From: Eledone cirrhosa
Taxonomy: Eukaryota
DNA length: 64,000 nucleotides
Assembly (NCBI GenBank): GCA_964016885.1
Contig: OZ024742.1
Span: forward strand, 316,076,001 to 316,140,000
Reading direction: 5' to 3'
Numbering within the stretch: position 1 is the first letter of the stretch; every line of letters begins with the position of its first letter. Below the pieces are notes generated by a model, which ran no database searches, was not told the origin of the DNA, and saw nothing but the letters and a program-made list of their open reading frames with translations. Shown here piece by piece: positions 11,110 to 24,826 of the stretch. The translations under genes and the position numbers were made by a program.

Positions 11110-12990
11110 TTGAGCAACACTAGAACGCTGGAGAACGTTAATAGAGAAAAGAGAGAGAAAGAGGCAGATATTAACGTTATATCTGCTTCTGCTGCTATGG
11201 ACGTTGCCATAGATACTGTCACAAAAGAAAAAAATATATCAACATTTGAAAATTTTACAATTTCTACCGCCGAAGCGGAGAAAAATGACAATAACACGCG
11301 GGAAAACACAGCAAAAAAACCCATTGACATACATACACATGAAAAAGACATCAACAACTCTACAGATACATCTACACATAAAATTTCCAACAACGATAAC
11401 ATCATTATCAACAACACCACCACACAAAAAAAGAAAATGTCTTTCGCTGACACAGTGAACAAGAAACAAGATTTTATAAATCTTGATATCTCCAACGCAA
11501 GAGATATGCTCCAGCAAGGGAGAAAATTTGTAACTTTCGAAGAAAGAGGTGGGTTTAGAATTAACTCACCCCTTGAAATAAAGGAAGACACAAACCGCCG
11601 ATCAGTCACTTTTAGGACTGTGTCAAATTCGTCAAGAAAACCGACATTTGTTAATCAAGCAGATATAGAAGATTCTTTCAAGGAGATTCTAGGAAATGTC
11701 GATTTTCTCCAGCGAGGAAAACAGTACGGAAGTGTTTCCGTACTGTTTAAAAGCGAGGCACTCGCCCAAAAATCTCTGTGACACCAATAGTGTCAAAAGC
11801 ATACACCTTTTTCCCTACATACATGGGGAAAAGGACACAAAAAATAAAAATAAAAAACATACCTCCAAGCATTAACATCTGGTGGATCTTGGCTGGCTTC
11901 GTAGAGCCAGAAACAGACATAATACTTTCGATACGAAAATCCATTCGACAAAGGTGGGCGGGCACCGATTTGGAGATTCTGTTGCAAATGAAACCGGAGA
12001 GAATCTCCAAAATACCCGAAAGAGTCGTTATTGATAATAACAACAAAATAAACATTTCGGTAGAAGGACGAAAATTTCACTGCTTTCGCTGTGGTAGCAC
12101 ATCTCACCTAAAAGCCTCTTGTCCACAAACACACAACAACAACATCATAAAAAAAACGCTATTACCAACACCAACACCAAAACAACCACCACCACCACCA
12201 CAAGTACAACGACAGACGAAACGAGCAACCACACCAAAACAAACAGACACTCAACCAACAACAACAGAAAAAAACAGAGACAACACCCTTGAAGAACACA
12301 TCCCCACTCCATCCCACTCCATCAAACACTACCACAAACACACATACCGAAACACCACCACCACCACACAACATACCCTTACCCCACACACCTGACGATG
12401 ATTATTCATCGACGGATGAAGCTGCTTCTCCTTCTTTAAGTGAAGAAGAGGGAGAACCACGGAAATCCAAAAAACAAAAATAGAGACACCACAAAACCCC
12501 CAAAACTCCAATCACCAACACCAACACACAACCACAGACACAAACAACAACACAAACAATACCACAGTCAAACATCCCCCTATCAGCAAAACCAGCACCA
12601 ACACCACCCCAAACACAAGCACCCACCATAAAAAGAAAACTCCCGGATGAACAACAAACTAAAACAAAACAACAAAAACACAAACAACAATACGCATACA
12701 TCAACACAAACAACAAGAGTTTGATGGAGGTCATCTCCCAAAACCCCAAGGTGGAGACGGAGGGCAAAACTTTCGTCAAGGCAGAATCGTCTCCACACCT
12801 TAAATTTATAAGGGTTTCTATGGAAACCTATAAAGACCTAAACATTAAATTTTCACAGGACGTGGGCAACCCCTGCCACAAACCCATCAACCGCGTCTGT
12901 TAAAATGTTTCCCCACCCCACCCCACCCAACACCCCATCCAGCACCCAAATGGAGATTGAACAACCCGATCTCCAGGAAACGAAAAGGTA
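11110..12990 (+). pseudogene. Tx1 copy A ORF1 (gag-like, frameshifted)
   Basis: ORFs 11110-11781 and 11778-12395; zinc knuckle CFRCGSTSHLKASC; Pro/Thr-rich C-terminal half; homologous to 17305-18609. Confidence 0.85.
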
Positions 12991-13032
12991 AATGCACCTT
13001 TCGTCCTTTTTCTCCAACTTTTCTTCACCAAC

Positions 13033-16000
13033 ATGGCTGGTTTACGAGTTGGAACCGTGAATGTGCGTGGCCTAGGGATGCCCTGGAAACAGGGCCAACT
13101 TTTAAACGACCTTAGGTCACACAGTATGCATGTGATAGCCATCACCGAGTCCAGAATCCACAACAGGCAGCAACTAACCCCCATCTTCGACGACTTTGAG
13201 ATCTACGCATCTCTCTGTCAGCCAGGAGGTGAAGGTGGAGTGGCTGTTATGTTTCGGAAGAACCTGGACGTCGGAGTACAGCAAGTACACTTGGACCCGG
13301 AGGGTAGACTGGTAGTCCTAGACGTGAACAGTATCGGAGGTGGAGCCTTCAGACTGGTGGCCGTTTATGCCCCGACCGGGCAATCGCAATCACGGCCAGA
13401 CTTCTTTAAGCATCTAGAGTCTTTTCTGGGAACGTCTCGCTCCTTACTTTTAGTGGGGGACTGGAATGGTATCCTAGATGCACGATGGGGCTATGTGAGA
13501 GCATGTCCTAGTAGAGCGGGGTGCAACAGCCTCAAAACTTTAATCGGCCAATTCCAACTGGCCGATAGGTATCGACTGGATTTCCCGACTGCACCACAGT
13601 GGACGTGGGTAAACCGCAGTGGGACATCTAGATCGTATTTAGATAGGTTCTTCATTAGAGAAAGGGACAAGGATATGTTAAGCTGTCCACGAATGCACAT
13701 GGTTGCCTATTCAGATCACAAGTTAGTCGTCTGCTTAGTCAACCGTGATATAATACATAGACAGGGTCCCGGATACTGGAAGCTGAACGTGTCGTTGCCG
13801 GCACGTAAAGCTTACAGTGAACGGATAAGTAGACTAGTCAAGCAACAGTTAACGGGAGCCATCGTCAACAATAGATGGTGGTACTCTCTCAAGAAAGCAA
13901 TTAGAATAGAATCGATAAGGTATAGCAGAGAGTTAGCCTTAGAGAAAAACAGAATAGAAAAAGAACTAGTAGCCAAGGTAGAGGAGGCACTTAGAAGTGG
14001 CAACGCGGCTAGAGTGTTAGCGTCGAGAACGGCACTGGATCAGTTCTTCGATGCGAAACACGAAGGCTGCGTGGTCAGAAGCAAAACACGTGCTCTAGGA
14101 AATAAAGGAGCGAAAGCTGTCAGCTGGGCCCGAGTGGCGGAGTCAAAAAGTGGCAACAAGTCCACGATTCGGTCTTTGAAAGACCAAAACGGACGCGTGC
14201 TACTTGACCCCAAGCAAATGTGCGCGGCCTTTCAGCGGCACTTTGCGCGACTGTTTGAGCAGAATGACGGTGAGCTGAACGGGGCAATGGACTTTAGTTC
14301 ATACCTCGACGGCCTGCCGCGTCTCTCGAACACGGACGCCGAGTTCTGCGAAAGACCGATCACGGACACTGAGATACGGGACGCTCTGGGCCGCTGCGGG
14401 AAACGCAAGTCACCCGGTCTAGATGGTCTACCCTACGAATTTTACATAGGCATGCCGGACTTGTTCTCTAGCGTCCTCGAAGCCGTCTACTGCAATTGGC
14501 AGCAGAACGGGAGAATTCCCAGTTCTGCAGGCAAGGGCGTAGTAACGCTGATCAGGAAAGACGAGAACAAGGGGGACAAAATTAACAACTTCAGGCCCAT
14601 AACTCTGCTCAACACAGAGTTAAAGATTTTGGCCAAGGTGCTAGCGACGAGGTTGGCGCTTGTCGTCGAGAACCTGGTCGGGAAAGCGCAAACGTGTGCA
14701 ATCCCGACCAGGTCCATACACGACAACCTCCACCTCATGCGATACATCATAGAGAGGGTGGGCAGTAAACCCGGCTTCGGTGGGGCTCTGATCAACTTGG
14801 ATCAGTCTAAGGCATTCGATAGGGTCGACCTTCGATACTTGGAAGCGGTTCTCAAGGCGGCCGGTTTCGGTCCCGTGTTCAGAGGATGGATCGAGGCGAT
14901 GCACACCAGCATCTGCTCGAGGGTCAAGGTGAACGGCTACCTATCGGAGCCGTTCGCAATCACGCGTTCCATTCGACAGGGATGCCCTCTCTCCTCCATT
15001 CTGTATGTATTGACTCTAGAGCCACTACTGCGGAAATTGGAGCTGTTGCAGGGCATCCCCCTAGAACCGGGACTGCGCAAAGCGGCGTCGGCTTATGCCC
15101 ACGACGTGACAGTAATGGTGTCGAGCACCTCGGAAATCGGGGTGATCGGCAACATACTGAAAGAATACAAAACGCTGACGGGAGCAAAACTAAACCCAGA
15201 CAAGTCTGTCGGTTTGCAACTCGGTACGTGGAGAGGCAAACCGATGACATACGACAGCGTCGTTGGACGCTGGACGGACGGACCGGTGAAATTGCTAGGG
15301 GTCTGGTTCGGTCCAGACCTCCAGGTGGAGAAAAACTGGAACGAGGTCACGGCCAAGGTGTTTGCACTCACTCAGAAGTGGGCAGAGTACAAACTGTCCT
15401 TGAAAGGTCGAGCGGAGGTGGCGAACACTTTCATAGCGTCCTTCATCTACTACCGCTTGACTGTCGTGCCTTGTCCCCGTGAACACCTCGCCAAGATGGA
15501 ACGCATGCTCTTCCAGTTTCTGTAGAAGAAGCAGGCTCCGCTGGTGAGGAGATCCGTCTGCTGTCAGCACCCTTCCAACGGAGGGCTGGGAATGCCGTGG
15601 CTGATGATGCGCAAACATGCGCTGAGGCTGCGGCATCTCCAGGTATTCCTCACCGACCCCCAACCGGTGTGGGCACCGTTTGTGAGACAGGCTTTCCCAC
15701 AGCTCGTCTCGCTAACGGAGCTGCAGTCCTGGGTGAAGAAAAGACCGAAAACGATGGGCGCCTGGCACATTGAATGCGCTCAGGCGCTCACAGTCCTCTG
15801 GCAAACGGGCGCAGCAATCAGTGGAGACTCCACTTCGACATTCTATAGAGGGATTGTATGTTACAAGGGCGACGACGTGCTCGGAGAGACTCTGGGCGTC
15901 GAAGACGATGAGCTCACCAGTCTGTTTGGTAGGACTTTCCGCCCGGGACCTATGGACAACTTCCAGAGGTCCCTGGCCTGGCAGTGCTACCGAGGAGCTC

Positions 16001-16479
16001 TACCGGTTCGTGACAAGATCTACAGGCACGGACGCCCTGGCAGGGATCCTTCCAAGAGGACGTGTCCAAGATGTGCGCAGGACATTGAAACAGTTCTGCA
16101 CGCAATTGTACACTGCCCGGGCGTAAGCGACCTGTGGAACTATGCAGAACAACTGCTGTCGCGTATGGGACAAATACAGTTGACTGCCGAGTCCATAGTA
16201 AGGATCAAACCGCCAGACTCTTTCAAAAACGAAAGAGAGGCGGTTTTCCTCTGTACGGTGGCTATGGTGAAAGAAGTTATATGGTGGACGATGTTGAGAG
16301 GACTGAGGACAGATGCCTTTCTCTCCGGACAACAATTGATTCCCTTCTTTAAGTATCACTTTAGAAGGAGAATCAGGGTGGAGAGAGAGGCACTGCACCC
16401 CAGTAAATTTACTGAAAGGTGGGTGAATGAAGCGAAAATGGCCCGAGTGATTGGGCCTTCTCTGTTTATAAGCCTGTAG
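13033..16479 (+). pseudogene. Tx1 copy A ORF2: APE endonuclease, reverse transcriptase, C-terminal Zn finger
   Basis: TVNVRGL, VGDWNG, SYLDRF, YSDHK (APE); KSPGLDG, FRPITLLN, LDQSKAFD, IRQGCPLS (RT). YADD is mutated to YAHD, and there is an in-frame TAG at 15523-15525. CPRC..ETVLHAIVHC. Confidence 0.95.
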
Positions 16480-16712
16480 GTTGAGGAAGAGAGCAAAAGG
16501 AAGAAAGGAGCACTTGCACAACACGCTCCTCGAGTTGAGGGTTGTTCTATCGACGGGGTATTAAACAACCCATTTGTGGCGCCTCCCCCCTATTGGGGAT
16601 TTCGATTGTTGAAATTGTTTGTTTTTATATTTTTTACACGACTGTATGTAAAATCCCCGGCATGTCTTTGTATTGTCCCCTTTCTTGTTGCGCCCTTGTG
16701 GCTAATAAAGAA

Positions 16713-16772
<60 letters not shown>

Positions 16773-17014
16773 GTCTCTCTATCTATCTATCTATCTATAT
16801 ATCTATCTATCTTGATAGAGTAAGACACGCTTCACATCGGCTCCGCTATTCCATCGGGATTTACCCTTACTATTGTAAGTACCGGATAAATTTTTCAGTG
16901 CAACACATTTGGAACACTAACCCCTGTTATTTAGGGAAACATTTTTGCATTTACCCCCTTTTTAGGGGGTAAAATAAATATCTAATTTTGCCGAAAAATT
17001 TCGTTCTTGGCAGC

Positions 17015-18834
17015 ATGGCGGAAAAGATGGCAGACATGTCTGCCATTAGCTCTGCCATGCCCCCCCCCCCCCCAAGTCTGAAGAACAAAAAATAATTACA
17101 ACAAAGTTAGACAACGAAACAAACAAAGAAAATGAAAAAACAAATGTTAAGGAAAATGAGCAAACGGAAAACAAACAAACAGAAAATAATACAAATAACA
17201 ACAGGGCAACTTTCGCCCAGAAAACAAAACAATCCATTACATACACACCAATTGACCTAACGGCCGCCAGAGAAAAACTGGCCGAAGCAAAGAAACACAT
17301 TGTTTTGGGGGAGAATGGAATGTTTTCCATTAACTCCCCCCCAGAATTCAAGAAAGCGAGAACAGAGAACACAGTTCTCTTCAGAACAATCCTAAACCAA
17401 ACAAGAAAGCCAGCACAGCCCAGCCAAATGGAGATAGAGTTGGTCCTAAAAGACTATATGAAGAATATTCTCTTCATACGAAAGGACCGACTCTATGGCA
17501 GCATTTCGGTCCTAACAAAAGACAAGGAAACGGCGGAGAAGCTTTCCATAAGCCCACTCTCATCGACAACATACAGCTTCTATCCCTCCTACATGGGTAG
17601 AAGAACACAGAGAGTAAAAATACAAACAATGCTGCCCACAATGGACTTCTGGTGGGCTATTGCTGGCTTCATAGACATGGGCGAGGACACAGTGCTGTCA
17701 ATGGGGAAGGCATCCGGAGATGCGTTCCTGGGAATGGACCTCGACCTACTAGTCCAAATGAGGCCCGAAAGAATAGCACAAATCCCGGATCGCATTTGGC
17801 TGGATGAGCTCACCCCAATAGATATAATTGTAGAGGGGAGAAGACCAGCATGCTATTTATGCATGGAAAGGGGACACATTAAGGCTAACTGCCCGAAACG
17901 TGTCCCCCAAAAAGGACTATTGCCCACACCCACCACAAACAGTACACCAACACCACCCACCTCCAAAAATACACTAATACCACACACAGCAAACAAAATA
18001 CAAACACCACCAAGCACATCACCACCACCAGCAGCAAACACAAGTTCGAAACAAAAATCACCACCACCATCACCAACACAAACACCATCACCACCATTAC
18101 CAACCACAAGCACGACACAAACAGCACCACCACCACCACAAAACGCATTCCAAACAAATAATAAAAAAAACAGCAACAAATCTACCCCTCCCGCAAAAAA
18201 AAAACCAGACACGACGTCCCTCCCACCTAGCGCTGAAGAGTTTCCCCCAACTTCTGAAGAAGGAGGAGAAGCCTTCAGACAAGTTAAAAGAAAAAAAAGA
18301 AAGCACACACCCAGCACACCACAAATAACCCACACACAAACACCAACTCCAATAAAAAACACCCCACCCTCAACAAACAAAAATAAATCTGCGCCTCCCC
18401 TCTCCGAAACATTGACAGCATCACAAAAAAAGACATTGCAATACACATATATAAATAAAGAAAACAAAAAACTGTTTAAATTAATAAACAATAGCCCTTT
18501 GGTGCAGACCGAAGGGCCAAACTTTATCTCAACAGAGAACTTCACCCATTTAAAAATGATAAAGGTCCCTCTGGACCTTTATCGTTCCTTAAAAGAACAA
18601 TTTAGATAGGACGTGAGCCCCCCCTGTTTAAAACCGTTAAATCGCGTCCTCTTGAAAGATTTCCCCATAACCTCCCCTCTCCCTGACACAACTCCAAACA
18701 CCCCAACCCAACCACACTCGGGCACCCCCACACCACCACAAAACATCCCTCCACCCAACACACCTGACGCCATGGAAATTACACAACCCGGAGAGGTAAG
18801 TGCTTTTCTTTCTTCACTTTCAACACCAAAATAG
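17015..18834 (+). pseudogene. Tx1 copy B ORF1
   Basis: ATG at 17015, disrupted near the poly-C at about 17060; ORF 17305-18609 with CYLCMERGHIKANC; premature TAG at 18607. Confidence 0.85.
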
Positions 18835-21800
18835 ATCAATTGAGAGTTGGCTGTTTGAACGCGCGTGGCCTGGGCTCAGCTTGGAAGCAAGCAAAGCTAC
18901 TAAGTGACCTCAGGTCACGAAGTATAGATGTGATGGTTGTTTGCGAGAGTCGGATCAGCAGCGTGCGACAGCTGGCTCCCGCCTTCGATGACTTTGAGAT
19001 GCACGCATCTCTCTGTCAACCCGGAGGCGGGGGGGGGGGGGGAGTTGCCGTACTGCTGGATAAACGTCTGGCTCTCGACGTACAGATTGTTCACTCGGAC
19101 CCGGGGGGTCGAATACTGGTGCTGGACGTCGGAGGCGGTGAAGGCGGGGCATTCAGACTGGTCGGTCTTTATGCCCCCTTCGGGGCTGAAAGAGCCGACT
19201 TCTTCCAGCGTCTGGAGACTTTTCTAGGAACGTCGCGTTCCCTGCTTTTAGTGGGGGACTGGAATGGAATCCTAGATGCGCGTTGGGACTATGCAGGGGC
19301 ATGTCCCGATAGAGGGGGGTGTAGCAGCCTCAAGGGGTTACTCGATCGATTCGACCTGGTCGATAGATTTCGACTAGATTGTCCAACTGCTCCAACCTGG
19401 ACCTGGGCAAACCACAGTGGACAATCTAGATCGTACCTAGATAGGTTTTTGGTTAGGAGTAAGGATAGGGACGTATTTAGTTGTCCAGAATTGATCATGG
19501 TTGGCTATTCAGATCACAAATTAGTGACCTGCGTGGTCAACCTTGATAGAACGCATAGACAGGGTCCCGGTTACTGGAAGATGAACTTGTCCTTGCCGGC
19601 AAAGAAAGATTACAGGAACCGGATTAGTAGCTTAGTTAAGATGCGGTTGACGGGAGCGATTGTCAACAGTAGGTGGTGGGTATCTCTAAAGAGAGAGATT
19701 AGAGTAAGTTCGATAGGTTACAGTAAAGAACTAGCGGCGAATAGAAATAGGAAGGAAAGGGAGTTAACAGATAAACTAGAAGAGGCGATTAGGAGCGGAG
19801 ACGTAGCCAGAGTGTTAGCGGCGAGAACGGCGTTGAGCCAGTTCTTTGACGCGAAGCACGAAGGCTGCGTTGTCCGAAGTAAAATACGTGCTTTAGGAAA
19901 CGAGGGGACCAAAGCTGTTAGCTGGGCCCGCGTGACAGAAGCCAAGAGTGGGATTAAATCCACCATTCGGTCTTTGCGAGACCAGGATGGACGGGTGATC
20001 CTTGAACCTGAGCGGATGTGCGAGGCCTTTCAAAGGCACTTTGCTCGACTGTTCGGAGGGGACGGGGGGCCGGACGGGGATGTGGACTTCGGTCCATACC
20101 TCGACGGTCTACCGCGTCTTTCGAGCGGCGAAGCGGAGTGCTGCGAAAGGCCAATCACAGCCACTGAAATCGGGGAAGCGCTCAGCCAATGCAGCAGACG
20201 CAAATCTCCGGGTCTCGATGGTCTACCATACGAACTTTATTTAGCTATGCCGGTCTTGTTCTCCGAACTCCTCGAGGCTGTCTATTGCAACTGGCAACAG
20301 AACGGGAGAATTCCCTGTTCTGTGACCAAGGGCGTGGTCACGCTAGTGAGGAAGGACGAGAGCAAGGGGGACCACTTAAGTAACTTTAGGCCCATAACTC
20401 TGCTGAATGCAGAGTTACAGATTTTGGCCAAGGTGTTGGCGAAGAGGTTGGCGCTTGTGGTGGGTGGTTTGGTGGGAGACGCGCAGACATGCGCTATCCC
20501 GTCCAGGTCCATTCACGACAACCTCCACCTCATGCGATACATCATAGAGAGGGTTGGCAACGAACCCGGCTTTGGTGGGGCCCTGATCAACTTGGATCAA
20601 TCTAAGGCGTTCGATAGGGTCGACCATGGTTACCTGGATGCGGTGCTAGCGGCGGCGGGCTTCGGACCCGTTTTCAGGGGCTGGATTTCTGCCATGCACA
20701 GTGGCAACATCTACTCTAGGATTAAAGTAAACGGCTACCTCTCGGAGCCGTTTCAAATCACCCGGTCCATCAGACAGGGGTGCCCCCTCTCCTCCCTTCT
20801 GTACGTATTGACTCTCGAGCCACTGCTGCGGAAGTTGGAGTTGCTGCGGGGCATAGGCTGAACCGGGACAAGTCAGTCGGTTTGCAACTCGGAACGTGGA
20901 GGGGCAAACCGATGCCGTTAGACGGTGTCGTCGGGCGGTGGACGGAGGGCCCGGTGAAGCTGCTCGGGGTCTGGTTCGGACCGGACCTCCAGGTGGAGAA
21001 GAATTGGGGCGAGGTGACGAGCAGGGTGTTTGCGCTGACCCAGAAGTGGGCCAAGTGCAAACTATCACTGAAAGGTCGGGCGGAGGTGACGAACGCTTAC
21101 ATAGCGTCCGTCATCTGCTACCGCCTGACCGTCGTGCCTTGCCCCAAGGAAAAGATCACCATCATGGAACGCATGCTCTTCCAGTTCCTCTGGAAGAAGC
21201 GGCCTCCCATGGTGAGGAGATCCATCTGCTGCCAGCACCCTTCGAAAGGAGGGCTGGGTATGCCGTGGCTGTTGATGCGTAGGCACGCATTGAGGCTACG
21301 GCATCTACAGGTATTCCTCACCGGTCAGCCGGTGTGGGCCCCGTTTGTGAGGCGAGCCTTCCCACAGCTCGTCTCGCTCACCGAGCTGCAATCCTGGGTG
21401 AAGCAAAGACCGAGAAAACTGGGCAACTGGCACACCGAGTGTGCCCAGGCGCTCACGGCTATCTGTAAGCGGACCCGACTGTCAGTGGAGAATCCACCTC
21501 GACATTCTATAGAGGGCTGGTGGCTAGCAGGGGCGACGACATCCTTGGAGAGTCACTAGGCATGGAGGAGGACGAACTGGCCAGCCTGTTCGGTAGAACT
21601 TTCGGCCCGGGACCGATGGACAACTTCCAGAGGTCTCTAGCCTGGCAGTGTTACCGGGGGGCTCTGCCCGTTCGAGAAAAGCTCTACAGACACGGGCGCC
21701 CGGGCAGGGATCCAGCGAAAAAGATCTGTCCCAGATGCGTGCGCGACGAGGAAACCGTTGCGCATGCACTGGTACACTGCCCGGGCGTTGCCGATCTGTG

Positions 21801-22143
21801 GGGCTACGTCGAACGACTGCTGTCGCGTGTGGCGCCGATTCGATTAACCGCCGAGTCTGTGGTGAACATCAAGCCGCCGCCTCCCTTCAGAAGCGAAGCA
21901 GAGGCGGTCTCTCTGTGCGTAATAGCCATGATGAAAGAGGTTGTGTGGTGGACGCGCCTGAAAGGTCTGAAGTCGGGTGACTTTCTCTCCGGCCATCACC
22001 TGGTTTACTTCTTCCGATACCACTTCGGAAGAAGGATCAGGATGGAGAGAGAAGTGCTTGGCCCCAGACAGTTTTATGAAAGGTGGGTGAAAGAAGCGAG
22101 AATGGCTCGTGTAAATGGGCCTTCTCTCTACATTGTTCTGTAG
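18831..22143 (+). pseudogene. Tx1 copy B ORF2 (APE-RT), YADD segment deleted
   Basis: Start codon aligns to ATA at 18831. LRGI is joined directly to LNRDKS at about 20855, removing about 130 bp including YADD. A further frameshift lies at about 21480. Confidence 0.93.
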
Positions 22144-22373
22144 GTGAAGAAGTGAAGAGAAAAGGGGGAGCGCCTCCTCTCTGGGCTTCCCCCGCGAAAA
22201 GGGTTGCACACTTTTCGGGGGTATGTGCAATCCCGAACACGCCCCCTCCCTTTTGAGGACTTTTTATTATTATATTATTATTGTTATTCCTTTTTCTTTA
22301 CTCGATTTATGTAAACTCCCCCACTGTGTATTTGTCCCCTTCTTTTGTGCCCTCGTGGCAAATAAATAGAAAT

Positions 22374-22430
<57 letters not shown>

Positions 22431-22799
22431 AGGATGGAGAGAGAGGTGCTCCACCCCAGTCGTTTTTATGAAAGGTGGGTGAAAGTGGCGAGAATGGCCC
22501 GTGTGAATGGGCCTTCTCTTTACATAAGCCTGTAGGTGGAAAGGAGGAAGGAACGATGGAGCACCCCCTCTCTGTGCTCCTGAGGAAAAGGGTTGCACAC
22601 TTTTTTCGGGGGTGTGTGCGACCCCCCAAGGCGCCTTCTCTCTATTGAGGATTTTGTTATAAATTTTATTTTTTGTTATATTTTATTTTATTTTTATATT
22701 TTGTTATTGCCTCCTCCTTATTGAGGACGCCTTTTTGTGTAAACTCCCCCCTTTGTACTTGTCCCACTTTTGATGCCCTGGTGGCAAATAAAAGAAACA
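22431..22799 (+). mobile_element. 5'-truncated Tx1 copy C (last about 35 codons plus 3' UTR)
   Basis: RMEREVLHPSRFYERWVKVARMARVNGPSLYISL* and a 3' UTR with AATAAA, between (TATC)n tracts. Confidence 0.92.
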
Positions 22800-23111
22800 T
22801 ATCTATCTATCTATCTATCTATCCGTATAGATCGTACCTAGATAGGGTTCTAGTTAGAAATAAAGATAGGGACATGTTAAGCTGTCCACAAATGTTCATG
22901 GTTGCCTATTCAGATCACAAACTAGTGACCTGCATGGTCAACCTTGATAGAACCCATAGACAAGGACCCGGCTACTGGAAGCTGAACTTGTCGTTACCGA
23001 CATACAAAGCCTACAGTAGACGGATTAGCACTCTAATTAAACAGCACTTGACAGGGGCCATTGTCAAAAACAGATGGTGGTACTCTCTCAAGAGGGCAGT
23101 TAGATTAGACT

Positions 23112-24826
23112 TGTAGTGACTGAGATGGTAGCTTACCACCCAGCCTCGAACGGAATGGTGGAAAGATTCCACAGACAGCTCAAAGCCTCCTTAAGGGCTT
23201 CCATGGACTCATCACGTTGGAGCGAGTACCTGCCTATTGTGTTGCCAGGCATTCGGTCGACGGTAAAGGTGGACCTTGGGTTCTCCTCTGCGAATTAGTT
23301 TATGGTACTCCTCTGACGTTACCGGGGCAAATGCTGGCCCCTTTTGACCTCACTTCGCAGGACCCCGCTTCCTACCTGTCCTGGCTCCACTCTTACTTCA
23401 AAGAGCTACCACCGATGGGCACTAGGAAGCAAACTGTAAAAACTGCCGTCCCAAGGGATATTGGCTTGTGGACACATATGTTCGTTAGAGACGACGCCGT
23501 GAGACCCCCTCTTCAACGGCCATACTCTGGACCCTATCGTGTGCGCACAGACAAACATTTCACATTGGACATTCGGGGTTCTAGGGAAACGGTTTCCGTC
23601 GATCGTCTCAAGCGAGCAAACCTGGACAATGACACAGTAGCACCTGAGACTCAAATGCCCCCTCCTTTTTCTGTGCCACAGGCACCTGTTTCTTCTCCAA
23701 CCCCCACACCATCAACACACAGAACTACGACCCGTTCTGGGCGAAGGGTGCATTGGCCCCTTAAGCTATGCAATTATATAAACTGATTTGTACTCTTTTT
23801 CTATTCCAGCTATTTTTTGCTGTATATTTCATTGTGTTGCATTCAAAATTTGCATGTTGAATATAAGAATACGGGAGTCCAATTCTTTTTGAGTGTTCGT
23901 TATGAGAACGAAAGATATTTCCATGTATATTTGCATTTTTCCGATGTTATACCAGAACCACATGTTTGCTTGTTGAGTTGCATTTTTGATTCCTGACTGC
24001 CTACGGCAGTGTCAATATATATTATTTTTCGTAACATTACGACTGTTGTCAATTCTGACACAGTCCATTTTTTTCAGTGCATTTTTATAGTTATGCTACA
24101 TATGGCTTTTTCATTGCCTAGCAAAATTTTTTTTTTGTTTATCGTATTTGGGGCCCCTTTATTGCGAAGAGTGTTATCTTTTCATGCATTTTGCATCTTT
24201 TGCTGTACATTTTTTCTGTGTTAATGCTTGTAGACATGAACCTATTTCTTTTTTTCATAATTTGTTGATACATGCTTCTACATTTTGTAAACTACCTTGT
24301 GGGTCCTTCGCTTCATCGTTAACGATTTTTCGACAAAAAATCTGCTCCGAGGTGAATGTAGTGACTGAGATGGTCGCTTAGCAACTAGCAGTTGCCTCCC
24401 CTTAACAACTCTTCAGAGAGCGGAGGTAAGATACATCCGGTCACAGACGCGGGTTTGCTCACTCTCTTTCTCATGGACCGAGGACATGAACAGACGTGAA
24501 AGGATTCGCTCCTCAAAATGTTGACCATGCTGGCTTCGTGAGGGACTATGTGAAAATGCCCTCCTTCGGATCAAGGACGCCACGATATCTCGACTAATAT
24601 GCATTCGCTTATTCCTTCGTTATTCCTGCACCGGAGAATATAATTATACTACTTCTATTAACCCACAAGATATGTTTGGATTGACATTGTACATAATTTA
24701 TTAAATGTCGCATTTAATAAAGGATCGTTGATTTTTTACTGTTCACCCCCCCCCTTCTGGAGTCATTTATTTCTACAAAGAGAAACGATGTATTGTCCAT
24801 TCATCGACAATCATTCGTTTCCATTA
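23112..24826 (+). mobile_element. Internally deleted Ty3/Gypsy LTR retrotransposon (integrase C-terminal half, 3' LTR)
   Basis: AYHPASNGMVERFHRQLK, ELVYG, LQRPYSGPYRV (GPY/F), VSVDRLK. LTR start TGTAGTGACTGAGATGGT at 23112 and 24357. TTAGACT is duplicated at 23105-23111 and 24824-24830. Confidence 0.9.
24357..24826 (+). repeat. Gypsy 3' LTR (about 470 bp)
   Basis: Starts TGTAG after a short purine-rich run; contains AATAAA; Tx1 sequence resumes immediately after it. Confidence 0.8.

Larger units (their letters stand above)
10905..16712 (+). mobile_element. Full-length Tx1/L1-clade non-LTR retrotransposon, copy A (inactivated)
   Basis: 5' UTR, ORF1 with CCHC knuckle, ORF2 APE-RT-CCHC, 3' UTR with AATAAA. 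Flanked by (ATCT)n at 10873-10904 and 16713-16812. Confidence 0.95.
16813..22373 (+). mobile_element. Full-length Tx1/L1-clade element, copy B (different subfamily, inactivated)
   Basis: Same architecture as copy A; bounded by (TATC)n on both sides. Confidence 0.95.

Noticed and set aside
18796-18834. Short GTAAGT..TAG intron that might fuse Tx1 ORF1 to ORF2
   Set aside because: Splicing would not put ORF2 in frame; the AG arises from an ATG-to-ATA mutation of the ORF2 start, and copy A has no equivalent acceptor.
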